Below are positions 1 to 9,762 of a DNA stretch of 64,000 bases, piece by piece. Numbering within the stretch: position 1 is the stretch's first letter; each line of letters starts with the position of its first letter. Location: the NCBI GenBank assembly GCA_963813715.1, contig CAWFAK010000005.1:736001-800000 (forward strand), read 5' to 3'. The notes beneath the pieces were generated by a model. The model did not search any database and was not told the origin of the DNA. It saw nothing but the letters and a program-made list of their open reading frames with translations. Made by a program: the position numbers and the translations under genes. This DNA is from an uncultured Planctomycetaceae bacterium (GTDB lineage Bacteria; Planctomycetota; Planctomycetia; Planctomycetales; Planctomycetaceae).

Positions 1-1
1 C

Positions 2-145
2 CACTGGGTGGCGGTCGTCAAGCCGGGAACGGTGATGTTCGAGTTGGGCGGCGTCCACCAGGATACGGCCCGGGAGTGTTTTGCGCGGGTGGCCTACAAG
101 CTGCCCGTCCGCGTGCGGTTGATGGGCCGCGCCCGAACGATCTGA
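2..145 (+). CDS. rplP: 50S ribosomal protein L16, 3' end (partial)
   Basis: Manual translation HWVAVVKPGTVMFELGGV...RVAYKLPVRVRLMGRARTI* matches the L16 C-terminus; directly upstream of rpmC. Confidence 0.93.
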   Translation, partial: HWVAVVKPGTVMFELGGVHQDTARECFARVAYKLPVRVRLMGRARTI

Positions 146-200
146 CGAAGGCCGGTAGCCAGAGGCCGGGTGACGAAGGCAGGCGACGAAGGACGATGCG

Positions 201-419
201 ATGACCAAGGCGACCCACCTCCGCGAAATGAGCCCCGATCAACTGGAGTTTTCGCTGACCGAGGCAAAGAAGGAGCTGTTCCGGTTGCGGTTCCAGGCCG
301 CTACCGAGAAGTTGGACGCGCCGAGCAATCTCCTCAAGCTCCGTCGCGAGATTGCCCGGATTTACACGATCCAGCACGAACGGGCCGCGGACGCGGCGAA
401 GAAGACGAAGAAGGCATAG
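201..419 (+). CDS. rpmC: 50S ribosomal protein L29
   Basis: LREMS...KELFRLRFQAATEKL...RREIARIYT; S10 operon order. Confidence 0.96.
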   Translation: MTKATHLREMSPDQLEFSLTEAKKELFRLRFQAATEKLDAPSNLLKLRREIARIYTIQHERAADAAKKTKKA

Positions 420-473
420 CCCACACGACAAATTGAACGAGCGACCAATGAACGACCGGTTTGAGGCGAGGCG

Positions 474-743
474 ATGAAGAAGCGGTTGACGGGTTTAGTC
501 ACCAGCGACAAACGAAATAAAACGCGGCGCGTCGAGATCGAGCGGCTGTACCGGCATCCGAAGTACGGCAAGATCGTGCGAAGCCGGACCATTTGCCACG
601 TCCACGACGAGGAAAACTCCGCCAAGGAGGGGGACACCGTCGAGATTATCGAGACGCGTCCCCTGTCGAAAACCAAGCGCTGGAATCTGGTGCGGATCGT
701 CAAGGCCGGATCGCAAGCGCCTTCGGTCGATGAGGTTCCCTAG
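474..743 (+). CDS. rpsQ: 30S ribosomal protein S17
   Basis: [29 protein letters not shown] motifs. Confidence 0.97.
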   Translation: MKKRLTGLVTSDKRNKTRRVEIERLYRHPKYGKIVRSRTICHVHDEENSAKEGDTVEIIETRPLSKTKRWNLVRIVKAGSQAPSVDEVP

Positions 744-745
744 CC

Positions 746-1114
746 ATGATCCAGATGCAAACCATTGTCGACATCGCCGATAACACCGGTGCCAAAACCG
801 CCCGGTGCATCAAGGTGCTGGGCGGTTCCAAGCGGCGGACGGCCGGGCTGGGCGACGTTGTGGTCGTTGCCGTGCAGAAGTCGATCCCGAGCGCTACCGT
901 CAAAAAGGGAACGGTTGCCAAGGGCGTGATCGTCCGCGTGCGGTTCTCGACCCGCCGACAGGACGGCAGCTACGTGCGGTTCGACCGCAACGCGGTCGTG
1001 CTGATCGACGACGAAGGCAACCCCCGCGGCACGCGTATCTTCGGCGCGGTGGCCCGCGAGTTGCGCGATCGCAAGTTCACCAAGATTCTGAGCCTGGCCA
1101 GCGAGGTCATTTAA
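746..1114 (+). CDS. rplN: 50S ribosomal protein L14
   Basis: MIQMQT...ADNTGAK...[10 protein letters not shown]...[13 protein letters not shown]. Confidence 0.98.
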   Translation: MIQMQTIVDIADNTGAKTARCIKVLGGSKRRTAGLGDVVVVAVQKSIPSATVKKGTVAKGVIVRVRFSTRRQDGSYVRFDRNAVVLIDDEGNPRGTRIFGAVARELRDRKFTKILSLASEVI

Positions 1115-1174
1115 GCGTCCAAGATCAGCCTGAAGTGGGATCAGCGTGGCGGGGATCCGCCGAGAGTGACAGTC

Positions 1175-1535
1175 ATGAAAATCAAGCGTGGCGACATGGT
1201 GGTGGTGATCGGCGGCGACCAGGCCAGCCGAACTCCGCACCGCGTCACTCAGGTGCTGGACGGGCGGCAAGCAGCTGCTCGTCGAAGGGATCAATCGCGT
1301 CTTCAAGCACGTGAAGCGCGGCCATCCGAAGAGTCCGCAGGGCGGACGGCTGAACCTCGAGACGCCGATCGACGCCTCCAAGGTCATGTACTTCTGTGGT
1401 TCGTGCAACAAGGGTGTTCGCGTCGGCTTCCGCCGACAGGCCGACGGCGGGAAAGAGCGCTTCTGCAAGTCGTGCGGCGCGGCACTGGGCGTCGTCGGCC
1501 GCTCGAAGGCTGCGCGACGCGCGGCGGCCACATGA
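1175..1535 (+). CDS. rplX: 50S ribosomal protein L24 (one apparent +1 indel near 1262)
   Basis: MKIKRGDMVVVIGG in one frame, then LLVEGINRVFKHVK...ETPIDASKVM in another; two CxxC pairs at the C-terminus. Confidence 0.93.
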
Positions 1536-1590
1536 CCGGCATTCCCATTCCAGGTTCGCAGTTATCACCGCAAACAATCGAAGCTGAACA

Positions 1591-2145
1591 ATGTCCAGGC
1601 TGCTGACTCAATACCGCGAAAAAGTCGTCCCCGAGCTCAAGACCAAGCTCAAGCGGGACAACGTGCACGCCATTCCCCGGCTGGTGAAGATCGTGGTCAG
1701 CATGGGCGTCGGCAAGGCCCGCGAGGACCGCAAGCACCTGGACGAGGCGATGGAGCACCTGGCCCAAATCACCGGGCAGCGGCCGCAAAAGACCCGCGCC
1801 CGCAAGTCGGTCTCGGCCTTTCGGCTGCGGGAAGGGATGGAGATCGGCTGCCGCGTCACGCTCCGCGGTCGCATGATGTATGAGTTTCTCGACCGGCTGA
1901 TCACGCTGGCTTTGCCGCGAGTTCGCGACTTCCGGGGGCTCAACCCGAAGTCGTTCGACGGTCGCGGCAACTACAGCATGGGGCTGAACGAACAGCTGGT
2001 GTTTCCCGAAATCAACGCCGACAAGGTTCACAACGTTCAGGGTATGAACATCACGGTCGTGACGACGGCCGGCAACGACGACGACGCCCGCGCGCTGCTG
2101 CGCGAGCTGGGTCTGCCGCTGCGAGTGGAAGGTGCGGCGACCTGA
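1591..2145 (+). CDS. rplE: 50S ribosomal protein L5
   Basis: KIVVSMGVG, ITGQRP, LPRVRDFRGL, FDGRGNYSMG motifs. Confidence 0.98.
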   Translation: MSRLLTQYREKVVPELKTKLKRDNVHAIPRLVKIVVSMGVGKAREDRKHLDEAMEHLAQITGQRPQKTRARKSVSAFRLREGMEIGCRVTLRGRMMYEFLDRLITLALPRVRDFRGLNPKSFDGRGNYSMGLNEQLVFPEINADKVHNVQGMNITVVTTAGNDDDARALLRELGLPLRVEGAAT

Positions 2146-2171
2146 CGCCGACCGCTAAACCGCAGGACGGG

Positions 2172-2261
2172 CCCGAACGGCGTAGGCCGTTCAGGTAAAA
2201 CCCCGAACGGCGCAGGCCGTTCAGGTAAAACCCCGAACGGCGCAGGCCGTTCAGGTAAAAC
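2172..2261. repeat. Tandem array of 3 x 30-bp palindromic units (cccgaacggcgYaggccgttcaggtaaaac)
   Basis: Units start at 2172, 2202 and 2232 and differ at one base; each has a 7-bp stem gaacggc/gccgttc with a 4-nt loop; no spacers. Confidence 0.95.
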
Positions 2262-2279
2262 GCAGAGCAAAGGTTTTCT

Positions 2280-2465
2280 ATGGCCAGTAAAGCCAAGATT
2301 GAAAAAGCCAAGCGCAAGCCGAAGTTCAGCTCACGGCTGGAACATCGCTGCGCGTTGTGCGGGCGGCCCCGCGCCGTCTACCGCAAGTTCAAACTTTGCC
2401 GGATTTGCTTCCGCAAGTTGTGCCACGAGGGGGTAATTCCCGGGGCCAAGAAAGCGAGTTGGTAG
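2280..2465 (+). CDS. rpsZ: 30S ribosomal protein S14, type Z (zinc-binding)
   Basis: 61 aa, [23 protein letters not shown]...IPGAKKASW. Confidence 0.96.
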   Translation: MASKAKIEKAKRKPKFSSRLEHRCALCGRPRAVYRKFKLCRICFRKLCHEGVIPGAKKASW

Positions 2466-2470
2466 CCGTG

Positions 2471-2863
2471 ATGACCGATCCGATTGCCGACATGCTGACG
2501 CGGGTCCGCAACGCCGTGCGGGTCGAGCGGTCGCACGTCGAGATGCCCTCGTCGAAGATCAAGGCGAACATCGCCGCGGTGCTCAAGCGCGAGGGCTACA
2601 TCTGGGACTACGAAGTGCTGGAGGCCAAGCCGCAGAACACGCTGCGGATCCAGCTCAAGTACGGTCCCAACGGCGAGCGCGTGATCCAGCATTTGCGTCG
2701 CGTCAGCTCGCCGGGCCGGCGCGTGTTTGCCCGCGTCGACCAGATGCCCAGGGTGCTGCAGGGGCTGGGGATTAGTATCGTCTCCACCAGCCACGGCGTG
2801 ATGAGTAACCGCGAAGCCAAACAAAAGGGAGTCGGCGGCGAAGTGCTGTGCACGCTCTGGTAG
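2471..2863 (+). CDS. rpsH: 30S ribosomal protein S8
   Basis: MTDPIADMLTRVRNA, LKREGYI, RVSSPGRR, STSHGVM, GGEVLC. Confidence 0.98.
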   Translation: MTDPIADMLTRVRNAVRVERSHVEMPSSKIKANIAAVLKREGYIWDYEVLEAKPQNTLRIQLKYGPNGERVIQHLRRVSSPGRRVFARVDQMPRVLQGLGISIVSTSHGVMSNREAKQKGVGGEVLCTLW

Positions 2864-2899
2864 AGCCGCCCCGACCTCAGACAGATTCGAGTTGCGATC

Positions 2900-3457
2900 A
2901 TGTCCAGAATCGGCCGAAAACCCATCGTCGTGCCCAGCGGCGTCGAAGTCAAAATCGCCGACGGCACCGTTTCGATCAAAGGCAAGAACGGCGAGCTGAA
3001 GCTCACGCCGCATTCCGCGATGAAGATCGCCTTCGACGCGGGTTCGCGGCACCTCACCGTCGCTCGCCCCGACGATCAACGGCAGAACCGCGCCCTGCAC
3101 GGCCTGACTCGCAGCCTGCTCAACAACATGGTCGCGGGCGTCCAGACTTATTTCGAGAAGCGCCTGGAAGTCCAGGGGGTCGGTTACACGGCCACGGTTG
3201 CGGGCAAGACCCTCAACCTGCAGGTCGGTTATGCCAACACGGTCAAGATGCCGATCCCGGCGGGCGTGGTGGTCGAGTGTCCGGACAATACACACGTCGT
3301 CGCCAAGAGTGCTGACAAGCAGCTGGTCGGGCAGTTCGCGGCGGAAGTTCGCGCCGTGCGGCCGCCCGAGCCGTACAAAGGCAAGGGAATCCGTTACCAG
3401 AACGAAGTCGTCAAGCGGAAGGCGGGCAAGGCCTTCGCCGGCAGCGGCGCCGGTTAG
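2900..3457 (+). CDS. rplF: 50S ribosomal protein L6
   Basis: MSRIGRKPI, HGLTRSLLNNMV, RPPEPYKGKGIRY. Confidence 0.98.
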   Translation: MSRIGRKPIVVPSGVEVKIADGTVSIKGKNGELKLTPHSAMKIAFDAGSRHLTVARPDDQRQNRALHGLTRSLLNNMVAGVQTYFEKRLEVQGVGYTATVAGKTLNLQVGYANTVKMPIPAGVVVECPDNTHVVAKSADKQLVGQFAAEVRAVRPPEPYKGKGIRYQNEVVKRKAGKAFAGSGAG

Positions 3458-3526
3458 TTCGTGACGCGAGCGATTTTAGAAACCGGCGGCGACAGGCTTA
3501 CGGCGATTTTGGGAAGTTGACGAGCC

Positions 3527-3898
3527 ATGACACTTCAAACAAATTTGGCAAACCGGCGCGTCCGACGCACGTTTCGCGTCCGCAACCGGATCAAAGCGTC
3601 GCGGACGCTGCGGCCCAGGCTGTCGGTCTTCCGCAGCAATCGGCACATGTACGCCCAGATCATCGACGACACGACGGGGCGGACGCTGGTGTCGGCCAGC
3701 ACGGCGGAGAAGGCCCTCTTTGGCGCGGGCAAGTACGCCGGCAACAAGGCGGCAGCGGCCAAGGTCGGGCAGGCGCTGGCTGCACGGGCCGTCGAGCAGG
3801 GAATCAAGCAGGTCGTTCTCGACCGCGGACCATACAAATACCATGGGCGCGTGCAAGCGCTCGCCGAGGCGGCCCGCCAGGGCGGCCTGGAGTTTTAG
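3527..3898 (+). CDS. rplR: 50S ribosomal protein L18
   Basis: [35 protein letters not shown]. Confidence 0.98.
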   Translation: MTLQTNLANRRVRRTFRVRNRIKASRTLRPRLSVFRSNRHMYAQIIDDTTGRTLVSASTAEKALFGAGKYAGNKAAAAKVGQALAARAVEQGIKQVVLDRGPYKYHGRVQALAEAARQGGLEF

Positions 3899-3918
3899 CG
3901 AGGACGGGAGCGTGACGC

Positions 3919-4401
3919 GTGTCGAGTGACTTTCGTAACGACAGTCCGGAAAAGGTAATCCAGATTCGACGCTGCGCCTGCGTCGTCAAGGGTGGCCGCC
4001 GCTTCAGCTTCACGGCCCTGGTGGTCGTGGGCGACAAGAACGGCCGCGTCGGCTGGGGCTACGGCAAAGCGATCGAAGTGCCGATGGCGGTCGAAAAGGC
4101 GGCCAAGGTCGCCAATCGCCGGATGATCAGTGTCCCTTTGCACGACAATACGCTGCCGCACCAAGTTTGGGGCCATTTCGGCACGGCCCGCGTCCTCCTG
4201 ATTCCGGCGTTGCCGGGAACGGGCATCAAGGCGGGTGAAGCGGTGCGATCGGTCGTGGAATCGGTAGGCATCACCGACATCCTCACCAAGTCCTTCGGCT
4301 CGACCAATCCCATCAATTTGATCAAAGCGACCTTCGACGGCCTCCAGCAACTGCGAACGCGCGAGGAAGTGGCCCGTCTGCGGGGAGTGTCCGTATCATG
4401 A
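3919..4401 (+). CDS. rpsE: 30S ribosomal protein S5
   Basis: VVKGGRRFSFTALVVVGD, GTGIKAG, GSTNPIN. Confidence 0.98.
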   Translation: MSSDFRNDSPEKVIQIRRCACVVKGGRRFSFTALVVVGDKNGRVGWGYGKAIEVPMAVEKAAKVANRRMISVPLHDNTLPHQVWGHFGTARVLLIPALPGTGIKAGEAVRSVVESVGITDILTKSFGSTNPINLIKATFDGLQQLRTREEVARLRGVSVS

Positions 4402-4856
4402 TGATCAACGACGTCCATCAGGGAATTCGTAAGAACAAGTCCCGTAAGCGGATCGGTCGCGGACCGGGCTCCGGCCACGGCAAGACCTCGACCCGCGGAC
4501 ACAAGGGTTGGTACAGCCGCTCGGGCACCACAAATCGGCTCGGCTACACGGGCGGCCAGACCCCCTTGGCCCGCCGCATCGCCAAGCGCGGCTTCAATAA
4601 TCGGCAGTTTGCGCCGAGCGTGGTGGTGGTCAACGTGAGTGCCCTCAACGAGGCTTTTGAGAGTGGTGCCACGGTCAATCCGCAGACGCTTTTGGAAAAA
4701 GGCCTTGCCAAGGGTGCCTTCGACGAGATTAAAATCCTCGGCAACGGGGACCTGACCAAAAAGCTGTCGGTCGAGGCCCACCGGTTCAGCAAGTCGGCCG
4801 AGGAAAAAATCACGAAGCAAGGCGGCTCCGTGAAGCGGCTTGGCGTGCCCGGCTAG
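4398..4856 (+). CDS. rplO: 50S ribosomal protein L15
   Basis: RIGRGPGSGHGKTSTRGHKG, GGQTPLARRIAKRGF, KILGNG; overlaps rpsE, so no rpmD lies between them. Confidence 0.97.
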   Translation: MMINDVHQGIRKNKSRKRIGRGPGSGHGKTSTRGHKGWYSRSGTTNRLGYTGGQTPLARRIAKRGFNNRQFAPSVVVVNVSALNEAFESGATVNPQTLLEKGLAKGAFDEIKILGNGDLTKKLSVEAHRFSKSAEEKITKQGGSVKRLGVPG

Positions 4857-4900
4857 CGCAGGATGGCCCTCGCGAGCCGCGCGAAAGGGATTGTGCTGTC

Positions 4901-6259
4901 ATGCTTCGAAAGATCATTCTCGTCTTCCGTATTCCCGAGCTGCGGCGGAAGATCCTGCTGACGTTGATTCTCCTAGCCGTCTACCGGCTCGGGTATCACG
5001 TCTATCTGCCGTTCATCGACCAGCGCGCCCTCTTGGAGCAGCGCAAAGACGCGGAGAATCAGCCGGGCGGTCTCGACACGTTCATGCAGACCATCTCGCT
5101 GTTCTCGGCCTCCCAGCTCAACTCGATCTTCGGTCTGGGAATTGCGCCGTACATCACGGCCTCCATCATTTTCCAGCTCTTGGGCACGGTTTATCCTCCG
5201 CTCGAAGCACTACAGAAGGAGGGCGAAGCGGGCCAGCGCAAGATCAACGAATATACGCGCTATGCAACGGTGCTGGTCTGCGTCATCCAGAGCTACGTGT
5301 GGATTCGGGCCGGGATGGGAGGCATGGGGCATATCATCTTGCCCGAATATGACACGTGGTTCCATCAACTGGCCGCCACGATGACAATGACCGCTGGTGC
5401 CGTCTTTCTCATGTGGATCGGCGAACAGATCGACGCCTACGGCATCGGCAATGGGATCAGCTTGCTGATTATGGCAGGCATCATCGCGCGAATGCCCGAC
5501 GCGGGCGTGCAGTTGTTGCGTCCGGCCTTCGAGCACGGCATCCGCCTGGGCACGGAAAGCGGCATCGACCGCTTCATCCTGCTGGCCGTGATGTTCGTGG
5601 TGGTCGTCATCTGGGTAGTGGCGATTACCGAGGGGCAGCGCCGAATACCCGATCCAAAGCGCCAAGCACGTCCGCGGCCGCCGCGTGATGGGCGGCCAGC
5701 GGCAGTCGCTGCCCTTGCGGGTCAATCAGGCGGGCGTCATGCCGATCGTGTTCGCCTCCAGCATCCTGGTCTTCCCGATGTTCGTCTTCCGGCAAATCAA
5801 CGTGATGGTGAAACCAGAAAGCTGGTTCTATCCGGTCACGTCCGGGCTGGCCGACGCGTTCAATTACGGCCGCGGCTACATCTACAACACCTGCTATATC
5901 TTGCTGATCTACTTGTTCTGCTACTTCTGGGTGGCCGTCACGTTCAACCCGAAGGATATTTCCGAAAACCTCAAAGACTACGGCAGCTTCATTCCCGGGT
6001 ATCGACCGGCGCGCGAACGGCGCAGTTCCTCGAGCAGGTGATGACCCGCATCACGTATTTGGGTGCCGCCTTCCTCGCCATGGTCGCCGTCATTCCGACG
6101 CTGATCGCCCACTGGATGGATATTCCGCCCATGGTGGCCAGCTTCTACGGAGGCACGGGACTGCTGATCGTCGTTTCGGTGGCGCTCGACCTGGTGCAGA
6201 AGATCGACAGCCACCTGGTCATGCGGAACTATCCCGGCTTGCTCGATTCGGATAGCTAA
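4901..6259 (+). CDS. secY: Preprotein translocase subunit SecY (two compensating indels near 5650 and 6006)
   Basis: LGIAPYITASII, GIGNGISLLIMAGI; the LRVNQAGVMPIVFASS segment is in an alternative frame (ORF 5685-6041); GGTGLLIVVSVALD. Confidence 0.97.
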   Translation: MLRKIILVFRIPELRRKILLTLILLAVYRLGYHVYLPFIDQRALLEQRKDAENQPGGLDTFMQTISLFSASQLNSIFGLGIAPYITASIIFQLLGTVYPPLEALQKEGEAGQRKINEYTRYATVLVCVIQSYVWIRAGMGGMGHIILPEYDTWFHQLAATMTMTAGAVFLMWIGEQIDAYGIGNGISLLIMAGIIARMPDAGVQLLRPAFEHGIRLGTESGIDRFILLAVMFVVVVIWVVAITEGQRRIPDPKRQARPRPPRDGRPAAVAALAGQSGGRHADRVRLQHPGLPDVRLPANQRDGETRKLVLSGHVRAGRRVQLRPRLHLQHLLYLADLLVLLLLGGRHVQPEGYFRKPQRLRQLHSRVSTGARTAQFLEQVMTRITYLGAAFLAMVAVIPTLIAHWMDIPPMVASFYGGTGLLIVVSVALDLVQKIDSHLVMRNYPGLLDSDS

Positions 6260-6276
6260 GTGCCCGCGAGGCGCCG

Positions 6277-7065
6277 GTGATCGTCCTGAAGAGCCCCCGC
6301 GAGATTGCGCGAATGCGCGACGCGGGGCAAGTGGTCGCCCGGGCCATCGAGCACGCGGCCCGCCTCCTGCGGCCGGGCTTGGCGACGCGCGAACTCGACG
6401 CGGCCATCGAAGAGGTTTTTCGCCAGGCCGGGGCCGAGGCGCTATTCAAGGGCGTCCCCGGCAAAGTCCCTTTCCCGGCCGCCAGCTGCGTCTCGGTCAA
6501 CGACGAGGTCGTGCACGGCATCCCCGGAAACCGGGTGCTCGCAGCAGGCGACCTCGTCAGCATCGACACCGCCTGCCGCCTGGCCGGCTGGTGTGCCGAC
6601 TCGGCCTGGACCTTCCCTGTCGGCCCAGTCGACAACACCAAGAGCCGTCTTCTGTCCGTCGGTCAGAGCGTTCTGGAGCTAGCGGTGGCCGAGATGGGTC
6701 GCCACAAGCGCTGGTCGGAGGTGGCTGCCCTCATGAGCGAGGCCGTCCACCGGGCCGGCTTTAGCGTCGTCGAGGACCTGGTCGGGCACGGCATCGGTCG
6801 TGAGATGCACGAGGATCCGCAAGTGCCCAACTACGTGAGCCGCTCGTTGCGACAGGGCGATTTTACCCTCGAGCCGGGATTGGTCCTGGCTATTGAGCCG
6901 ATGATCAACGCTGGCTCGAAGCGGACGCAGACCAGCAAAAAGGACCATTGGACCGTCCAGACCGAAGACGGCCAGCCCAGCGTCCATTTCGAGCACACGG
7001 TGGCACTGACGGCCGACGGGCCGGTCGTTTTGACGGGCCCGCCGGTCGCTCCGGTGGGGGCCTGA
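6277..7065 (+). CDS. map: Methionine aminopeptidase type I
   Basis: CVSVNDEVVHGIPG, GHGIGREMHEDP, AIEPMIN, SVHFEHTV. Confidence 0.97.
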   Translation: MIVLKSPREIARMRDAGQVVARAIEHAARLLRPGLATRELDAAIEEVFRQAGAEALFKGVPGKVPFPAASCVSVNDEVVHGIPGNRVLAAGDLVSIDTACRLAGWCADSAWTFPVGPVDNTKSRLLSVGQSVLELAVAEMGRHKRWSEVAALMSEAVHRAGFSVVEDLVGHGIGREMHEDPQVPNYVSRSLRQGDFTLEPGLVLAIEPMINAGSKRTQTSKKDHWTVQTEDGQPSVHFEHTVALTADGPVVLTGPPVAPVGA

Positions 7066-7154
7066 TTCTGCGGGGGTTTTGGGCAGATTTTTGCCGAGCG
7101 GGCGGCGCAAAGGAGTCGTTTACTCCGCGGCGTCGGAAATCGGGGCGGCTTTAC

Positions 7155-7184
7155 TTGTCGTCAAGTTTGTGCGTGGCTTATAAT
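7155..7184 (+). promoter_or_regulatory. Putative sigma70 promoter of the rpmJ-rpsM-rpsK-rpoA-rplQ unit
   Basis: TTGTCG-N18-TATAAT in the map-rpmJ gap. Confidence 0.6.
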
Positions 7185-7396
7185 CTCCCGATTCCGTCCC
7201 GGGGCAATCTGGGCCGCTCGCGTTGTCGCCATGTGCCGGCTAGGTTCGGGGCGTCACAGCCCAGATTCGGCGCCGCCAGATTAGACATTGGGGATCGGCG
7301 CTGCGGAAATCGGTTCCCCTTGGATGAGCCGGATCGGCGCGTCTGGATCGGGCGAGTTGTTGGGATCGTGCTGGTGTTGGGAAGGGCAGCTCTGTC

Positions 7397-7513
7397 ATGA
7401 AAGTCCGTTCGAGCGTCAAACGCATTTGCGAGAACTGCAAGATCGTCCGCCGCAAGGGACGCATCTACGTGATTTGCTCGGCCAATCAGCGGCACAAGCA
7501 GCGCCAGGGTTAA
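7397..7513 (+). CDS. rpmJ: 50S ribosomal protein L36 (not in ORF track)
   Basis: Manual translation [38 protein letters not shown]. Confidence 0.97.
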   Translation: MKVRSSVKRICENCKIVRRKGRIYVICSANQRHKQRQG

Positions 7514-7589
7514 CTAGCACAAGCAGCGGCTCAGCCCGGCCGATCCGTCAATCGTCGGCTCCGCGCGAGCCGCATGGAGTTCATCGAGC

Positions 7590-7976
7590 ATGCCTCGTAT
7601 TCAGGGCGTCGACTTACCGAACAACAAGCCCATCTACATCTCGCTCACGTATCTGTACGGAGTGGGTCGGGCTCGCGCGATTGAGATGTGTTTTTCGCTC
7701 GGCATCGAGCCGATGCGGAAAGCCATCGATCTGACCGAAGACGAAATCTCGCATATCAACGCCTACCTCGACAAAGAGATCGTGATTGAAGGCCAGCTGC
7801 GCCGCAGCGTGCAGCAGGACATCGCCCGCCTGCGCGAGATCCACTGTTATCGCGGCACGCGTCATCGTCGCAGCCTGCCGGTGCGGGGCCAGCGGACGCG
7901 GACCAATGCCCGCACCCGCAAGGGCGTGAAGAAGACGGTGGCCGGCAAGAAGGGCGTCAAGGACATGCGCCACTAA
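7590..7976 (+). CDS. rpsM: 30S ribosomal protein S13
   Basis: [35 protein letters not shown]. Confidence 0.98.
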   Translation: MPRIQGVDLPNNKPIYISLTYLYGVGRARAIEMCFSLGIEPMRKAIDLTEDEISHINAYLDKEIVIEGQLRRSVQQDIARLREIHCYRGTRHRRSLPVRGQRTRTNARTRKGVKKTVAGKKGVKDMRH

Positions 7977-8041
7977 TCCATTTTGACGAACAAGGACGCC
8001 GCCGCGATTCGGCGGGTCGTCCGTTTTCTCGGAGAACGCTC

Positions 8042-8422
8042 TTGTCAAAGTCGAAGCGGAAGAAAGTTCGACGCAACGTTACGCGGGCGATCGCCTACGT
8101 GAAGGCCACGTTCAACAACACGATCGTCACGATCACCGACGTCAACGGCGACGTTCTGTGCTGGGCGACGGCGGGAACCTCGGGCTTCAAGGGAAGCCGC
8201 AAGAGCACGCCTTTTGCCGCCCAGCGCGCGGCTGAGACCTGTGCCGAACGGGCGTCGAAGTTCGGCGTCAAGGAACTCGAGGTCCGCGTGAAGGGCCCCG
8301 GCTCGGGCCGCGAAAGCGCGATCACCGGCCTGCAGTCGGCAGGCATCGTCATCCGCGCGATCGAAGATATCACGCCGCTGCCGCACAACGGCTGCCGCCC
8401 ACCCAAGCGGCGCCGCGTTTGA
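8042..8422 (+). CDS. rpsK: 30S ribosomal protein S11 (TTG start)
   Basis: [39 protein letters not shown]. Confidence 0.98.
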   Translation: MSKSKRKKVRRNVTRAIAYVKATFNNTIVTITDVNGDVLCWATAGTSGFKGSRKSTPFAAQRAAETCAERASKFGVKELEVRVKGPGSGRESAITGLQSAGIVIRAIEDITPLPHNGCRPPKRRRV

Positions 8423-8444
8423 ACCGAGTGACTGTCCAAGCGTC

Positions 8445-8518
8445 CTGATTCGCCGCACCAATTCACGACGTTGATTCACCACACTGATTCGCCAAGTTGA
8501 TTCACCTGTGTCGGATTC
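8445..8518. repeat. Degenerate 13-bp-period array with GATTC(A/G)CC core
   Basis: ctgattcgccgca/ccaattcacgacg/ttgattcaccaca/ctgattcgccaag/ttgattcacctgt; ATTC at 8448, 8461, 8474, 8487, 8500 and, out of phase, 8515. Confidence 0.85.
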
Positions 8519-8631
8519 AAGCAGCCGGTTGGATGCGAACGTCCGCGACTGACCCGCCCCGCGACTTGGCCCGCGCGGCCGCTGTTTGAAGACCCGAGAA
8601 CACAACAGACCCATCGAGCACGGAGACAGAC

Positions 8632-9645
8632 ATGCGAATTCGTTGGCGTGGTTTAGAGCTGCCCAGCCGAATGTTGAACGAGCGCGACGGCGCGAATCCC
8701 AATTATGGCCGCTTCATCGCGGAGCCGTTCGAGCGCGGCTTCGGCGCCACCATCGGCAACAGCCTCCGCCGCATCCTGCTGTCGAGCCTGGAAGGCAGCG
8801 CCGTGACCCGCGCCCGCATTCAGGGCGTGCAGCACGAATTCACGACGATTCCCGGCGTCGTCGAAGACGTCACCGACATCTGCCTCAACCTGAAGTCGCT
8901 GATCGTCAAGATGTCGACCCCCGGCACGCGGACGCTGCGGATCGAGCGGCACGAGCGGGGCGTGGTCACCGGCGCCGACGTGATGACCGACGATCAGACC
9001 GAGGTGATCAACAAGGACCTGATCATCGCCACGATGACCGACGACGTGCCGTTCAACATCGAGTTGACGGTCAAGACGGGCCGCGGCTACATCCCGGCGA
9101 CCGAGCAGGCCGAGCGCGAGCCGGAAGTTGGCGTGATCCCCCTCGATGCGGCCTACTCGCCGGTCACGCGCGTCCGCTACAAGATTGAGGACACCCGCGT
9201 CGGACAGCGGACCAACTACGACAAGTTGATCCTCGAAGTCTGGACCAACGGCACCGTCTCGCCCGACATGGCGGTGGTCGAGTCGGCCAAAATTCTCCGG
9301 AAGCACCTGAACCCGTTCATCTCCTACCGCGAGCCGGGGCCCGAGCTGCCGCCGGAAGGGGGCTTGCGGGGCATGCTGGAAGCGACCGGTTACGCTCCCG
9401 TCGATCTCGAGCTGGAAGAGAAGCTCAACCAGTCGCTGGCCGAGCTCAACCTGTCGGTTCGCGCGACGAACTGTCTCGAGTCCGAAGGCATCAATACCGT
9501 GCGCGATCTCGTGACGCGGAGCGAGGACCAACTGCTGCAGGTTCGCAACTTCGGCGAGACCACGTTGCAGGAAGTCCGCGAGCGGCTGGGCTCGATCGCC
9601 CTGCGGCTCGGAATGAAGCTGCCGCACCAAAGCTCGGTCGGCTAG
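8632..9645 (+). CDS. rpoA: DNA-directed RNA polymerase subunit alpha
   Basis: [53 protein letters not shown]. Confidence 0.98.
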   Translation: MRIRWRGLELPSRMLNERDGANPNYGRFIAEPFERGFGATIGNSLRRILLSSLEGSAVTRARIQGVQHEFTTIPGVVEDVTDICLNLKSLIVKMSTPGTRTLRIERHERGVVTGADVMTDDQTEVINKDLIIATMTDDVPFNIELTVKTGRGYIPATEQAEREPEVGVIPLDAAYSPVTRVRYKIEDTRVGQRTNYDKLILEVWTNGTVSPDMAVVESAKILRKHLNPFISYREPGPELPPEGGLRGMLEATGYAPVDLELEEKLNQSLAELNLSVRATNCLESEGINTVRDLVTRSEDQLLQVRNFGETTLQEVRERLGSIALRLGMKLPHQSSVG

Positions 9646-9762
9646 GGAATTTGGCGATTCGCCCGTCCGCCGCGTGGAAACAACCGGCGGGCGGCGGCTA
9701 AGATACGACGTCTTTACGATCTTTAGATGAGGCGCGGCGCCTGCCGCGTGATTGGATAGACC

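Noticed and set aside
2172..2261. CRISPR array (30-bp palindromic repeats)
   Set aside because: The units are directly contiguous with no spacers, and there are no cas genes in the window
4901..6259. Pseudogenes or programmed frameshifting in secY, rplX, rplQ and others
   Set aside because: Essential genes are affected, there are no in-frame stops or other decay, and no shared slippery motif; sequencing error is more parsimonious
8445..8518. oriC-type 13-mer unwinding element
   Set aside because: Not AT-rich, no DnaA boxes seen nearby, and it lies inside a ribosomal operon
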